The translations under genes were made by a program, and so were the position numbers. A model generated the notes under the pieces. The model did no database searches and had not been told where the DNA came from. It saw nothing but the letters and a program-made list of their open reading frames with translations. Of a stretch of 64,000 nt of DNA, positions 34,004 through 50,289 are shown piece after piece. This DNA is from Guillardia theta CCMP2712. Lineage: Eukaryota; Protista; Cryptophyta. The stretch spans positions 59,081 through 123,080 of the forward strand of contig NW_005434522.1 of the NCBI RefSeq assembly GCF_000315625.1, written 5' to 3'. How positions within the stretch are numbered: position 1 is the stretch's first letter; every line of letters begins with the position of its first letter.

Positions 34004-35400
34004 AACAGTCAAGCAGGAAACGAAGGATGTGAAGTGGATGAGAAAGAGAAGAAGGAACCAGGAGAATGTGAGAAGTTACCGTATAGAGAAGAGTAAATCC
34101 GTATGAGGCCAAGAAAGCATACTGCTGCGGAGAGAAACCTGCTCGAGGTATGAGGAGGAGAAGGGAGGAGCTAGTTTCACCCAAAGCAACGTTGATGAAC
34201 TCCCTGTGAAGACAGTCAGAGCCAGGACGAGAGGAGGGAGAAGAGTAGGAATTCACGGAAACAAAAGACAGGATGGAGCGAGGTGAAGAAAATGCTGACA
34301 AATAGGAACAAGGGAAGACGAAGGAAAATGAAGACGAGTGAGCACAAACATGAATTAATTGAATCAAAGCACAATGATGAGAGCCATTCTCTCCTTCACC
34401 TCGTCGCTTCTGCCGAGGGCTGCACAGCAAAATTCACAGCATACTGAAGCGAGTTGCGAGTCCACCTGTCGAGCCAAGTCAGCTCCTGGAGGGAAATGCA
34501 GAATGGGGACGAAAAAAGTTTTCGGGAAGAGAAAGAGCAGGAGGAGGAGCAGGAGCAGGAGCAGGGGTAGAAGCAGGAGCAGAAGCAGGAGTAGAAGCAG
34601 GAGTAGGAGTAGAAGCAGGAGTAGGAGGAGGGTTTCCGACTGGTTATGAATGTAGACGCTAAAAAGAAGAGCGAGTAACAGCCATCGCTGTCAACACGGT
34701 AAGAATGACCTCAAGTAGAACTCAGACCGACGTACCCGCCAGTCGCTTCGCTTTGCTTCCCCTCCTCGTATTCTTTCTGCCGAACAGCGGATGCATGTTC
34801 CTCCTCTCACTCTTCTGAGGCTTGAGCCGGCAGCATGTACCAAGAGCTTCCTGTAGCCACGCAACGAAAGCTCCGTCCTCTCCTCTCGCCATGAGCTTGT
34901 CCCCAGACAAGCTCCTTCGGTGCCCCCGCACGCAACGAACGAGAACATACGCCTACATTAAGTGAGATGTGATCAGACGAAGCAAGCAACGTGAGAGAAG
35001 GGAGTAGAAGAGACAGCAGGCAGCGTGGGCTTGGTCAGCTGATCATTCCCTTTGCTATTCGATCCTCCTCCTATCTCTTGTTTCTATCTCCTGCTTCTCG
35101 TCCTCCTCCTCCTCCTGCTCCTCCTGCTCCTCCTGCTCCTCCTGCTCCTCCTGCTCCTGCTCCTCCAAGAGAACAGAGACCTGTGGTAGTCGTGGGGGAA
35201 GGAGATCACAAACTCTCGGGCGTGCTGAACGGCGCGAGATTGATGATGCCGGCGGAAAGAAAAAGCTAAGGGTGCTTGACGCAGCTCTTGTGCCGCACAC
35301 ACTGACTGCATACTCGAGCTTGATCCGGGAAAGATGCTGGAGGCCAAGCGCTCGAGTTTCTCGCCCTCCGAGTGAGGGACTGGCTACCTGCCCTCGACAT
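31046..35400 (-). CDS. Major facilitator superfamily transporter, spinster-like (multi-exon; 5' end near or in the gap)
   Basis: LLLALLFSVYIHNQWTRNSLQYAVNF, QQYAFLASYGFTLLYT, FASLIAGRVADTVDR (MFS motif A), STAISIYTSGVYVGA, HLGWR, LRFAAGFGIGVW, RGVSQGMFSMLTLVGN and final TM ISIAIVVSLAYLLSGFAFL..LK*. Confidence 0.82.
32548..32666. repeat. 24-bp minisatellite (CGTGACCACTCGTTCTCTCCTCCT) within the MFS gene
   Basis: Seen directly; about 4 copies preceded by a related 21-bp unit. Confidence 0.85.
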
Positions 35401-35425
35401 CAAGAGCAGATGACTGCAAGCAAAA

Positions 35426-36285
35426 NNNNNNNNNNNNNNNNNNNNNNNNNNNNNNNNNNNNNNNNNNNNNNNNNNNNNNNNNNNNNNNNNNNNNNNNNNN
35501 NNNNNNNNNNNNNNNNNNNNNNNNNNNNNNNNNNNNNNNNNNNNNNNNNNNNNNNNNNNNNNNNNNNNNNNNNNNNNNNNNNNNNNNNNNNNNNNNNNNN
35601 NNNNNNNNNNNNNNNNNNNNNNNNNNNNNNNNNNNNNNNNNNNNNNNNNNNNNNNNNNNNNNNNNNNNNNNNNNNNNNNNNNNNNNNNNNNNNNNNNNNN
35701 NNNNNNNNNNNNNNNNNNNNNNNNNNNNNNNNNNNNNNNNNNNNNNNNNNNNNNNNNNNNNNNNNNNNNNNNNNNNNNNNNNNNNNNNNNNNNNNNNNNN
35801 NNNNNNNNNNNNNNNNNNNNNNNNNNNNNNNNNNNNNNNNNNNNNNNNNNNNNNNNNNNNNNNNNNNNNNNNNNNNNNNNNNNNNNNNNNNNNNNNNNNN
35901 NNNNNNNNNNNNNNNNNNNNNNNNNNNNNNNNNNNNNNNNNNNNNNNNNNNNNNNNNNNNNNNNNNNNNNNNNNNNNNNNNNNNNNNNNNNNNNNNNNNN
36001 NNNNNNNNNNNNNNNNNNNNNNNNNNNNNNNNNNNNNNNNNNNNNNNNNNNNNNNNNNNNNNNNNNNNNNNNNNNNNNNNNNNNNNNNNNNNNNNNNNNN
36101 NNNNNNNNNNNNNNNNNNNNNNNNNNNNNNNNNNNNNNNNNNNNNNNNNNNNNNNNNNNNNNNNNNNNNNNNNNNNNNNNNNNNNNNNNNNNNNNNNNNN
36201 NNNNNNNNNNNNNNNNNNNNNNNNNNNNNNNNNNNNNNNNNNNNNNNNNNNNNNNNNNNNNNNNNNNNNNNNNNNNNNNNNNNNN
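35426..36285. other. Assembly gap; other gaps at 31562-31661, 52483-52582 and 59217-59537
   Basis: Runs of N. Confidence 1.
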
Positions 36286-36339
36286 CAGTGAGGAGGAAGA
36301 GGAGGAAGTGGCGGAGGAGGAGGAGGAGGAGGAGGAGGA

Positions 36340-36373
<34 letters not shown>

Positions 36374-36749
36374 GAGGAGGAGCAGCAGCCTGAGGAGGAG
36401 GAGGAGGAGCAGGTAGTGGTGGTGGTGGTGGAAGAGGAGGACTCCGGGAGGGGGAGTCAGGAGACGTGAAGGAGAAGTTTAAAGATTGATCTACAAGGTT
36501 ATGAATCTACAGCTTCTCTTGCTGCTTGTGAGAATTCTTCACTCTCATCGTCCAGACCAGCCGATAGACTTCGCTTCTGTTGATCCAGTCAGATCCTCCC
36601 CTTCCTCCCGCTCTCCATTCTCCCGTCTTCTTCTTCTCACCACTTTTTCGCCCTCCGTACTGGCGCAGCGGCAGGCATGAGAGGTGACGCACAGGCGACA
36701 TTCGGGGGGGGTTCGTCCAGTTGCCTCCATGACCTGCAGGGCCTCAGCT

Positions 36750-40346
<3,597 letters not shown>

Positions 40347-40523
40347 GGTTGCGGCTGCAGGAGCACAGAGGAAGGGGTGATTAGGGTAGGGGTTGGTAAA
40401 ACGAAAGAGGAAAAATGGGGGTACTATGGGGGGAAAAGAGGGGTGATACAAGATAAGGGGGGGTGGTAGTCGAGGAGGCTTAAAGGGCTTGGTGGACGAG
40501 TGAATGATGATGCCAGTGAGTGA

Positions 40524-40881
40524 TGTACTTGAAGCACTTGAAGCACTAGAAGCTTCAAGTGCTTCAAGTGCTTCAAGTGCTTCTAGTACATCAAGTGCTT
40601 CTAGTACATCAAGTGCTTCTAGTACATCAAGTGCTTCTAGTACATCAAGTGCTTCTAGTACATCAAGTGCTTCTAGTGCTTCTAGTACATCACGTGCTTC
40701 TAGTACATCAAGTGCTTCTAGTACATCAAGTGCTTCTAGTGCTTCTAGTACATCAAGTGCTTCTAGTACATCACGTGCTTCTAGTACATCAAGTGCTTCT
40801 AGTACATCACGTGCTTCTAGTACATCAAGTGCTTCTAGTACATCAAGTGCTTCTAGTACATCAAGTGCTTCAAGTGCTTCA
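40524..40881. repeat. 18-bp minisatellite built from 9-bp subunits (GTGCTTCTA/GTACATCAA)
   Basis: About 20 units with recurring variants (GTACATCAC, single 9-mer insertions), lying between the carrier gene and the GCLC start. Confidence 0.95.
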
Positions 40882-41054
40882 TCTCTCCATCTCTCTTTCA
40901 GTGCTTCATCACTTCTTTTGCATCTTGTCGCGTGATGCAGGTCGAGCAGTTTGACAAAATTTTGAAAAACGGGGAAGGAGGAGGCAACTAGAGTGGAGAG
41001 AGACATGGTCGACGTAGAAGGGAGATGAGAACCTCAAACTGGCTCCTGGCAGCG

Positions 41055-42280
41055 CTACGAGATGTTTCGCATACCAGAGTAGTGGAGGAAGAGCTCCAGA
41101 GCGAGGAAAGAGCCTAACAAACAATCGAGCAGTTAAGCGAAGGGCTACAGCAGTGACGACAAGACCCACAGGCATTCGGCAGGGAGGAGAGAGCGGCTGC
41201 CTTGAAGAAGAGCGAGGGGAACCTCACCCAGGGCCTGTTCCTCGCGTCACTGCAGGCTCTCACTACCTGGCGCTTTGACCTGCTTCCGTGCTTGCGCTCG
41301 AGGAACCAGCCGATAGGAAACTTGACGCTCGTGTAGCAGAAACCCGCAAACCCGCCTGAGAGGACGGCAGCGCCAGACACAAGAGCGACGTGACGGTCCA
41401 GCAGCAGTTGCCGCCCCTGCCGAGCATCACGACCAAGATGCGAGCAAGGGACGAGAGGATCGCGCTGACCTCAAGCAGCTCTGCCACCTGCCGCGTGCTT
41501 GTCTGCTTGCAAGCCTCGTACCCCCCGAAGAAGGCGCCGAAGGCAAGTGAGTCCTTGAGCAACTGCGGGTCCCAGTCACACTCGCCCTTGACCGTCTCTT
41601 GGCTCGGCTCCCACCGTCATGGCCGCGGCGGACCAGTGCTTCGGGAGGAAGAGGCGGCGGAGGGCTGGGAGGGAGAGCGAGGGCGACGAGCCTCTCGGCT
41701 GATTGTAATACGCGTTGAGAATGATCTTGGTGGGGGCCGAGACGATGCCGTGAGCCGCACCTGCAGCACATCCGTAGCCCATCACCTCGCGGAACGTCTG
41801 GCGGTGATGTGAGACGCGGAAGTAAACAGACTGTGAAAGTGAGGAGAGACCTGAAAGAAGAGCGGAGCTCCTGCCTGCTCTATATTAGGAGAAGGCCATT
41901 CGATGCAGAGTTGATACGGGCTGACGTGACCTGCAGCTTGTCATGCCTCGGCTGTCGAGACTCTCACACTGCATCTCACTGTACACTGAGTAAAGTGTCA
42001 TGCTGCTCATCGCGCTCCCCATGTACGCTGGCAATGCCCTCTTGACGACCCCGCACAGTCCTTCACGTTGGAGGACATGCCGTAGATAATCAGTGAGTGT
42101 CTTCTCCTGGAGCTTGGCGGCATCTTTGAAGCGTTGGAGCCAGCTGTAGTGGGGGTGCGAGGGTTTGAAGGCCTTGAAGGACATCACCCGAACCAGAGTC
42201 TTGAGCTTCACCATCATCACGCTCCTGATGATCGCAAGAAATCCAGCTGATGGCTCCATCGCTCGCTCCCCTTGATCCAT
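41055..42280 (-). CDS. Divergent mitochondrial carrier (SLC25) family protein
   Basis: Carrier-like helices YLRHVLQREGLCGVVK, AGAAHGIVSAPTKII, KDSLAFGAFFGGYE and SGGFAGFCYTSVKFPI, plus spliced C-terminus LPNACSFLALELF..*. Confidence 0.65.
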
Positions 42281-42585
42281 CGTTCTCTTCCCCCGCCTCT
42301 TCTCCTCCACTCTCTCCTCCACTCCCCTCCCTCTCTCCTCCTTCACTCCCCTCCCTCTCTTCTCCCTCCCCTCCCTCTCCTTCGGTATGCCCGACTAGGC
42401 GGCAAGCTCTTGCTTGTATGGTGAGCTACTACCCACCCCCTTTCTTATCATGGAGACTACCCCCTACTAGATCTCTTCAGCACCCACCCTGATCTAGCCT
42501 TTATTTGTTGGGGTACTCACCTATACATTTCTCGCTAATGATGGAGCCAATGTGGTAAAGCATAGCAACGGGCGCGAGGGAGACG

Positions 42586-42586
42586 G

Positions 42587-42682
<96 letters not shown>

Positions 42683-42689
42683 AGCAGGA
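42586..42689. repeat. (GAGCAG)n hexamer; similar tracts at about 33935-34002 and 34535-34625
   Basis: Seen directly. Confidence 0.9.
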
Positions 42690-42721
42690 AGATCAAGATG
42701 AGGATCAAGAGGTCAGGTGAG

Positions 42722-44512
42722 ATGACGAGGTGCTCGAGACGGTCTGGAGATCGAATGTTCATGATCGGCTTTCTTCTCCTCGTACTTGGCTCATGCGATG
42801 GAGGCGAGCAGATCTTCAGGCGAAGCTTGCTGTATGCTCCCTCCCGCAACTGCAGCGACTACAGTAGTCCCGATGACTCGCCTGCCGTGGCGATTCTGGA
42901 ACCGCTGAACCATACTCTCATCACCCATGCCAACATGCGCCTTGTCGTATGCATGAAACATGTCCCTGCCGTTGGAGCCATTTCGGCATGGCTGCATGTT
43001 GTGGAATCGTCTAGAGAGAGTCGTTCAGCAGAGAGTCGTTCAGCAGAGAGTCGTTCAGCAGAGAGTCGTTCAGCAGAGAGTCGTTCAGCAAACCCCGTAC
43101 GGCTGGGAGAGGAAGAGAGCAGAATCGAGGTGCGGCTTGTCTTGTCAAAAGCTCACGGCTGAGAGTTGAGAAGTGGCAGGACGTGCCAGCAGGAAACTAT
43201 GAGGCTTTCGTGGAGGTCCTGGGAGCAGATGAGAACCTCCTCCTGTCCTCCTCGCGCACCTTCTTCAAGGTCGAATCCCCTGCCAGAGAGCGGCCCAACC
43301 TTTCTCCTCCTCGTTGTGGGAGCGACTGTGAGAGCGACGAGTGGCCCATACTGAAGCACGTCCGAGCCATGGCGCGAACTCGGCACAGCCCCAAGGGAGA
43401 AAAAGGGAGAAGACTGATGGATCAGAATGTGTGTGGGCAGGACGGTTGGGCTCCAGTGAGCGTAAACGAAGTGATCTCTTCCTTTCTCGCCTCCGAGTGG
43501 TACAAGGCCGAACACCAAGGTCTCCATTCTCCCGCCTGCTCTCCTTCTCAACCTCGCTACCTCTTTCAGCCTGGCAGGGCGACGAGCGTGTGACGTCGAT
43601 GGTGTTCGATCCTGACTTGAGCAACGAGCACGAGAACGTCTTGAGGGCGATGCTAGCGGGAACCAACAGGAAGGTGAGAAGGAACTTGAGGAGACATCCA
43701 TACATCACGTGGCCGTAGATCAACATCTTTCGTTCCCTCCCCAAGGATGTCGAATGGTTCAAGTCAATCCTACAGCTCTCGAGCCTTTCCCAGCTGCATG
43801 TCATGTGCGAGCAGTCATGGGGAAGGGAATTCGGACCTAGTCTCGCTGTGCAGCAGGTTATCTCTCTCCCCTAGACTGCACCGCCTCACCTGCTGCAGCA
43901 TGACGCCTTGACTGAATGTGCTGCGATGAACCTCTCCCTCATGGCGTCACTTGCGAAGAATTGCTCGCGCTTCTGTCAGCAGCATCGAGGTACCTTGCGA
44001 GCGATCGACCTTGATCGCCTCACTCAGCTCAGCTGCCCCTGAGACGACCGACAAATGGCAGCCCATGAAGGACGGGGAGGGTTGTGGGAGGCATTGCAAC
44101 AAGATGAATCAGATCTTCAAGCACTACATGGTGAACCCGCCTCTTGATCTACTTCTCTCAATCTCAGTTACGCTAGGAGGATGCCATGTCTGTGAACGAG
44201 AAGGTGATAGGTGAGGCAAGCTGGGAGCTGGTGGCTTTCGTGCTGCTGGGACTCACTTGTAAGTGTCTTTCTGCTTGCACAGTTGTAGCGGAGAGGAGGG
44301 AGGAAGGAGAATCTGCGTGTGTCCTGTTGGAGGGAAATCATAGAGCCATCCCTCTGCTGCGTGTCGTGCGCATGCTCGAGCGTGAGAGTCAGCCACAAAC
44401 TCAACTGCAGCTGGACAAGGTGCGAATAGAAGCGTATCTGGGGATATCAGCCTACATGCGGAACTCAACTTTCTTCTATGGAGTAGCTGCTGGGCTAGAG
44501 CGAACGCGATGA
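42722..44512 (+). CDS. Secreted protein with an Ig-like N-terminal part and a ParB/sulfiredoxin-fold-like C-terminal domain (multi-exon)
   Basis: Signal-like MFMIGFLLLVLGSCDG and AVAILEPLNHT..VPAGNYEAFVEV, then NEVISSFLASEW, FDPDLSNEHENVLRAML, FRSLPKDVEWF, VLLEGNHRAI and AYLGISAYM. Confidence 0.5.
43016..43090. repeat. 15-bp tandem repeat x5 (GAGAGTCGTTCAGCA), probably intronic
   Basis: Seen directly. Confidence 0.9.
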
Positions 44513-45489
44513 AGTGGAAATTGATTCTTAGTACCGTCCGATGATCGGTCGGATCTGCGACTGAGACGACGCCAGGCCTACTATCTACCGTACAAGAATA
44601 CATGCTGTTACAGCTGTTCTTCGACTTGTGTTACCCCTCATGTCTGGATGCTTGGGTTTCACATCCTAGCATACAGTCTATCTCTCATGTGCTCCTCAAT
44701 TCTGGTTTCGTGTGCATTAAACTCGGTCTTGAGCAAAAACTGTCTTGTTACAACTGAGGTCGATGTGATGTCTGCGTGACTTTGGACTAGTACAAGTCTA
44801 ACAAACTTGTATTCCGTCACGCGGGGCCCCGCGGCGGCCCCGGCCCGGCGGCCCGGGCGGCCGGCTCAGCGGCTCGGGCCGCGGACACTTGCACTGAAGC
44901 CTCTTTTTTTTTGTTTTCCACTTCCCAGCAGCCTCGAAGCTGGTGGTTGCGATGATGCTGAGGCTGATGCTGCTGCTGCTGATGATGATGATGATGAGAG
45001 ACTCAGCCTGTCACTCCCGTGAGTATCACCTGTCTGCTTGTGTCTCGAACTGAAGTATCCTACTGCTGTCAGTGTTCCCCTGGGAGAATGTCTCGCTTAG
45101 CGTGCAACAGTGCGAGCTCAGCAAGGACTGGAATGTCATCGTAAGTCAGCTGAGCTCGGGTGAAATCCTGACAGGAGGGCTTGGGATACTCATGGATGTA
45201 GGAAGGTAAAAGCAACTACTCCTCTCGCTGCTGCTTGCTGCTGCTCTTGTTCCTGGCCGACCGTCACATTTCATCTCCTGCCATTTATCCCTGGTGGCAG
45301 GTTTGAGGTCTGGGTGTGCGACTACGAGAGCGCCTGCGTCAGTCATGTGATCGATGCCGCCTGCTTTGTTTACGATGAGAGGAACAAAAGCTTCCTGCCC
45401 TGGGGCTTTCAAACCTCCCTAAACCTTTTTGTTGTACGCTCTGCGTCTGCTTTGCTTCTTGCAGTGATTCCTTGCCCAGGGAACTGTAG

Positions 45490-46105
45490 GTAGGAGCGAA
45501 CCATGCCCAAGGTCTCGTCTATACCCTCCGGCTCCTCTCTCTGCCTTGACCTCTACCATCTCTGGCGCTCCCTATGGTAATGGCATCTACGTCGTATCGT
45601 CCTCTGGCGCTTGCTGCTCCGAGCGCGCGTGGAACGCCTTTGACTTTATCAGCAACTCATCAGTGATCAACTTCTGGACGACACAGTCACCAGACTTCTA
45701 CTCCTTGGCGACAGGCGAGTACACTCGGTATCCTCCCACCATCACCACCACAGGCATCGCCTGTGCAGGCGAGTGGCTGCAGATCTCGCTTCCTGTCCCC
45801 ATCTACCTACAGGAGTATGTCTTGTACACCCGAGCCAACGACCTCTACAGGGGGCCGAGGAAGTTTTGGATCCTCGGCTCCAACGACGGGTTGGAGTGGT
45901 CTGTGGTAGACTCGCAGGACAACGTGACGGGCTATACAGAAGCAGGGAAGAGCATAGCAGTGGAAGAGGCTCAGAGGTACAGCCACTACAGGATCGTCGT
46001 GAACGAGAACAACGGAGAGTACTGGGTCAGCATCAGCTGGTGGAAGCTGCTCGGTGTTGAGAACAAGGAAGAAGAACCTCGTCTATACCCTCCGGCTCCT
46101 CTCTC
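45490..46105 (+). pseudogene. Discoidin/F5-8C (galactose-binding-like) domain gene, truncated at the start of a second repeat
   Basis: YPPAPLS..GAPYGNGIYVVSSS..AWNAFD..GEWLQISLP..PRKFWILGSNDGLEWSVVD..YSHYRIVV. A 28-bp direct repeat (45514-45541, 46078-46105) begins a second domain, which runs straight into a GC-rich island. Confidence 0.6.
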
Positions 46106-48578
46106 ACAGCGGCCGCTGAGTCGGCGGAGCCATCGTCCAATCAGGCCCGGGAGATACTCGGCGGCAGATCGGCACCGTACAACGGCCGTGACCACCAGTG
46201 GGCCAGCCAGTGCCACCCGGCCCGCACTGCCCGCAGTCAAATGATGCGGCTGCCTGTGGCATTCCTTTCAGTGATATCATACCGTACTGAGTCATATCAT
46301 AGTAGTATCACGTTACTACATGGCTGAACTTTCAACATCCAAACTTCAAGTTCACTCTGTGCTGAGCCTCGCGGCCTGCACTGCCGCAGGCCGGCGGCAA
46401 GTACGGGCCCCCGGGGTCGCCGTCACGAGTCACCGTACGGTCACCCGCGGCCCGGCCCGGCGGGCCCGGGGTGACAGTGACTCGGACCCGGGGTGACCGG
46501 CGCCCGGCCCCGGGCCCTGGGCCTGGCAAGCCCGTTGTCGGAACGGAAGTCCGACAAGTTGCGGCCGGGCCGCCGGACTCGGACCGGCGGGAAGCTCAGG
46601 CTCGACTCGTCGGACGCCGCCTCCGGACCGCGAGGCGGAAGCGGAAGACAGAGCGGAAGAGCGTTGTTGCCGCCCTTATCAAAAAAAAAAAAACTATTGT
46701 AGATGTACATCATTATAACCATTATAAAAATACTTATTGCCAAGTTAGAGGTCGTATCTCGATGGCCTACCCCCAGTGCTTTTACCCCATCAGCTACGCC
46801 TGATACCATCCAGGCAAATGGACCCCACCTCTCCTCAGAGACTACCCCCCTTGGTAGCTCCCATGGTCGGTCGTAACGTGGCGACCTCATGTCAGATAGA
46901 GGGGGTGATGGGGGGGTAGTGGTAACAAGCGAAGAGATGCGAGTTGCAGGGGCCGGGCCCGTTCACATAAAAGTAATTTAATTCTGATTACACTTAAAAC
47001 AAAAAGGATGAAAAAGAATCATTTCAATTGAAGATACAATCACCAGATTGCTCGGAGGTACGAACCAGGTCGTCAAAGAAACCTCGTCCGCCTGCCCCGT
47101 GTACCCCGCACTCCGAGCCTCCAACAGCCCCTGCCTACCCCACCCCCCCTGGGCAGAACTCACGTACATTTTCACCCCTACCCCTAATTCAATCTACAAG
47201 TAATATAATTTTATATATATTTGTAGTTGTAGCGACGGCCTGATCCAGAACAAGGTTAATTTGGATCGTTTCGACTTTGGCTGTCGTAGTGCTGACGCTC
47301 AAAATTTAATAATTATTTTTCCTTTCTGTAGAATTTATAATAGTATTTTCAACCTCGTGACTTGATTTTCATATATATTTATACATCTTAATAAGTGTAT
47401 ATATTCTTCGAATCACGAATTCCAGATCACAACGAGTCGAAAATTATGGTACTGTTATCTACAGAACTCATGTTTTACACTTGATTTTAGATTTGGAAAC
47501 TGTATATTCCCAACCGTTGTTTGCTCGGGATGATTTCAAATTTTGCACAAGAAGAAGCCACAAAACCTCCCTTGTAAAGTTTGATTTTATCTTAATAATA
47601 ACATTATTGATACACAAGGTTTTTAAAAGTTTTCTTCTCAGGTACTACCATTGTACCCGCGTCAGGGTCCCCCAACTACCCACCCCTCACCTCTCAATTC
47701 ACTCCCCCACCCCCCGTGACTTTCCTTGACCGGTGCTTTTGGAGCCATGGTCGTAACTTCAAGCCATGACATGTGCATGGTGTCAGGGATATCACCGGTG
47801 ATAGTGATAACCCCCACTAATCCTTAACTACCCACCCTAATCTATCTTCGATGCCGACATATGGTAGGGTGTTTTTTACCTATTGGTGTCATAGTACCCG
47901 CTTGATCATAGACGCCATATCAAAAGTACCGGTGCCTTGGACTCCGAAGTACCCACCAGGGAAATTATTTCCCAGTACCCACTGTGATAGGCACCCACCC
48001 TTCCTTCACGGCCTCCGCCTACTCCGGTCGCTTAAGCAGATGGCGGGAGTGAACGACACAAGGAGGGTGCGGAGGGGAGGGGAGAAGGAGGAGGAGGACA
48101 GTGATCAGATGAGCTCGATGAGATACGGATTGAACTCTAAGTTTCTTCCCAAGTGAGGAGGGGCATTCACGGTGGAAACTTTGGAGGTTGTCAAGCCGAG
48201 CAATACGAGCAGAGCATGGACAATCGTTAATAACAGCATCTGAATGTCTGAGTGTAAACTTGAATGGTAACGATTCTGAGGACGATCAGAATGCAATCAA
48301 TCCTACTGATGTTGTTATGGTCTATGTAGTGATGGCATACTGATTTTATCATCGTCCAAGTTATAGTAAGGGAATAACTTGCTGACATGAACGGTGACGT
48401 GACGAAACTTGAGTGTTTGTACTCTGCAAGATTGTATCATGCGATGTTTTGCTGTATATCAGATGCTCAACTTGATCAGAGGAGGGTACACGTGTAGTTT
48501 GAGGCGGGAGACAGTGATAGACGAGGGTGCTTGTGGATCGAGATGACAATGACAAGGTTGAGAGCAGGAGAGGGAGAC

Positions 48579-50289
48579 ATGAGGTCGACATCCCCTTACT
48601 TCTACGATGATTACTCGGGTGACATGCACTCGAAGCCCATCTTCATTCCGGACGAGGACGTGACGCTTTCTGAGCTCTTGGGGCCACCTTCAATCGAGAT
48701 CGTCAACGACAGCCCAGACGCAGACTGCGGCATCGATGAGAATCTTTCTTTGCTGTTTCCCATCCTCCAAGACAACAGCCTCGAAAACAATGTGAGCCAG
48801 AAGACTGGTGGAGAATGCTTCGAACCGAACTTCTCCATCGTGACGGAGGTAGAAGGAAGAGGAGTGCAGCTCCTTGAGGCGCTGACTTGATGGTCAGATC
48901 TCCATGCCCATCCAGCAGGAATACTTCCAAATCTGCAACGAAAGCGACGCACAAGTAAGGCATTCTTGTTCTGTTTGCTGGAGGCCGATGCTCTTGTTGC
49001 AGGAGGAATCCAGCGTGGAGGCGCAGGAGAGCATCTCCAGTCCTCCAGTTACTACTCATATCGAGAACACAACACCAATCCTCAAGTACGCCTTGCCTCC
49101 TCGGGTCTCCTTGTTCCTGCCCCTTGCCTTAGCGCTAACGAGCATACAGCATGACCAACAGTCCGTCAGTGTGAACCTGGCTTCTCTTGTCAGCGAACCT
49201 GCCAAGGATGTAAGGTCTCCTGCCGAGCGGGTGAGTAGCGACACGAGGTCACAGCGCCTGCTGTTCATGATCTCACATGTCCATCAGAAGCTGGAGTTCG
49301 AACCCAAACCTTTTCCTAGCTCCTCCTACAAGCCGATAGAGCGCGTCAGTTTCTAGGTCTCGCTGTTCTTCTCCTTATGCCGATTTTGTCTATCAGCCCC
49401 TTGCACCGGCCTACCCTCAAGTCCACCATGGCATGATTCAAGGAGGAACCATGATGTCGGGGTGAGTTGCTTGTCCTTGAAGGCGTCACTGAGGACCGTC
49501 ATGATGATGATGATGATGATGATGATGATATCGAGGAGAAGGAGGAGGAGGAGGAGGAATCAGCTGACGATATTCTCCTGGCAGGGATCCAATGCTAGTC
49601 AAGAAAGAGAAGCTTCCCAAGAGTATGATGCCCTCTTTCAGCTGCCAGCCGTCGGTGTGAACCTTTGGCAGGCAAACGTCCCCCGTCGCTTCCCAAGTGT
49701 GCTGGAAATCAGCCCATGTACTGCACCTACGAGTTCTGCCCGAACCCCACGCACACGTCAGGTCAGCCCGACGTGCGTCTCTGTCCTCTCTTGAGAGCAG
49801 GGGAACAGGAGGCTCGTGGAAATTTGTGACGGCAGAGACGCGCGCGGGTAACAGGGACTGGACCCAGTACATCGGTCGACTGTTCTAGGAAGGAGGCAGA
49901 TCGCAGGGGCTGACAGAGACTGGAAGCATGCTTCACCCAGTTTGCGACCAAAGGCGCAATGGAGCGGCTTGGAAGGTATGCTCCCTATCCTGCCTTGCTG
50001 CAAGAAGCTGACATGCCATTGCGACGAGGAGAAACAGGCAGGGGCCTGCAGACGCGGATCTCCCTTCGAGGTGACTGGTTGACCTGACCTAAAGCTGTGT
50101 TTGCTGAAATGCTTGCAGCCCCAACAAGAAGCGCAGGAAGGATTCCGAGCCTCTGTACGTCTTCTGTTCCTCCCTCGCCCTCTCACGAGACTCTTCAGGA
50201 ATCATCCCAGCAGTGCGGCTGATCAGCGCTTCCTGCCGTTGGCTGGAGTGGCCAATCTCTCTGCGTCTTTAACTGCCATTGCCAACTGA
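48579..50289 (+). CDS. Long-spacer GATA-like zinc-finger protein with NLS; apparently damaged at about 49886
   Basis: Acidic N-terminus. Spliced MYCTYEFCPNPTHTGTGGSWKFVTAETRAGNRDWTQYIGRLF*..ACFTQFATKGAMERLGR followed by PNKKRRK. An in-frame TAG and a missing donor fall where the third Cys is expected. Confidence 0.55.

Noticed and set aside
35272-36291. Long ORFs spanning N runs (also at 52325, 58948 and 59075-59618)
   Set aside because: Artefacts of assembly gaps.
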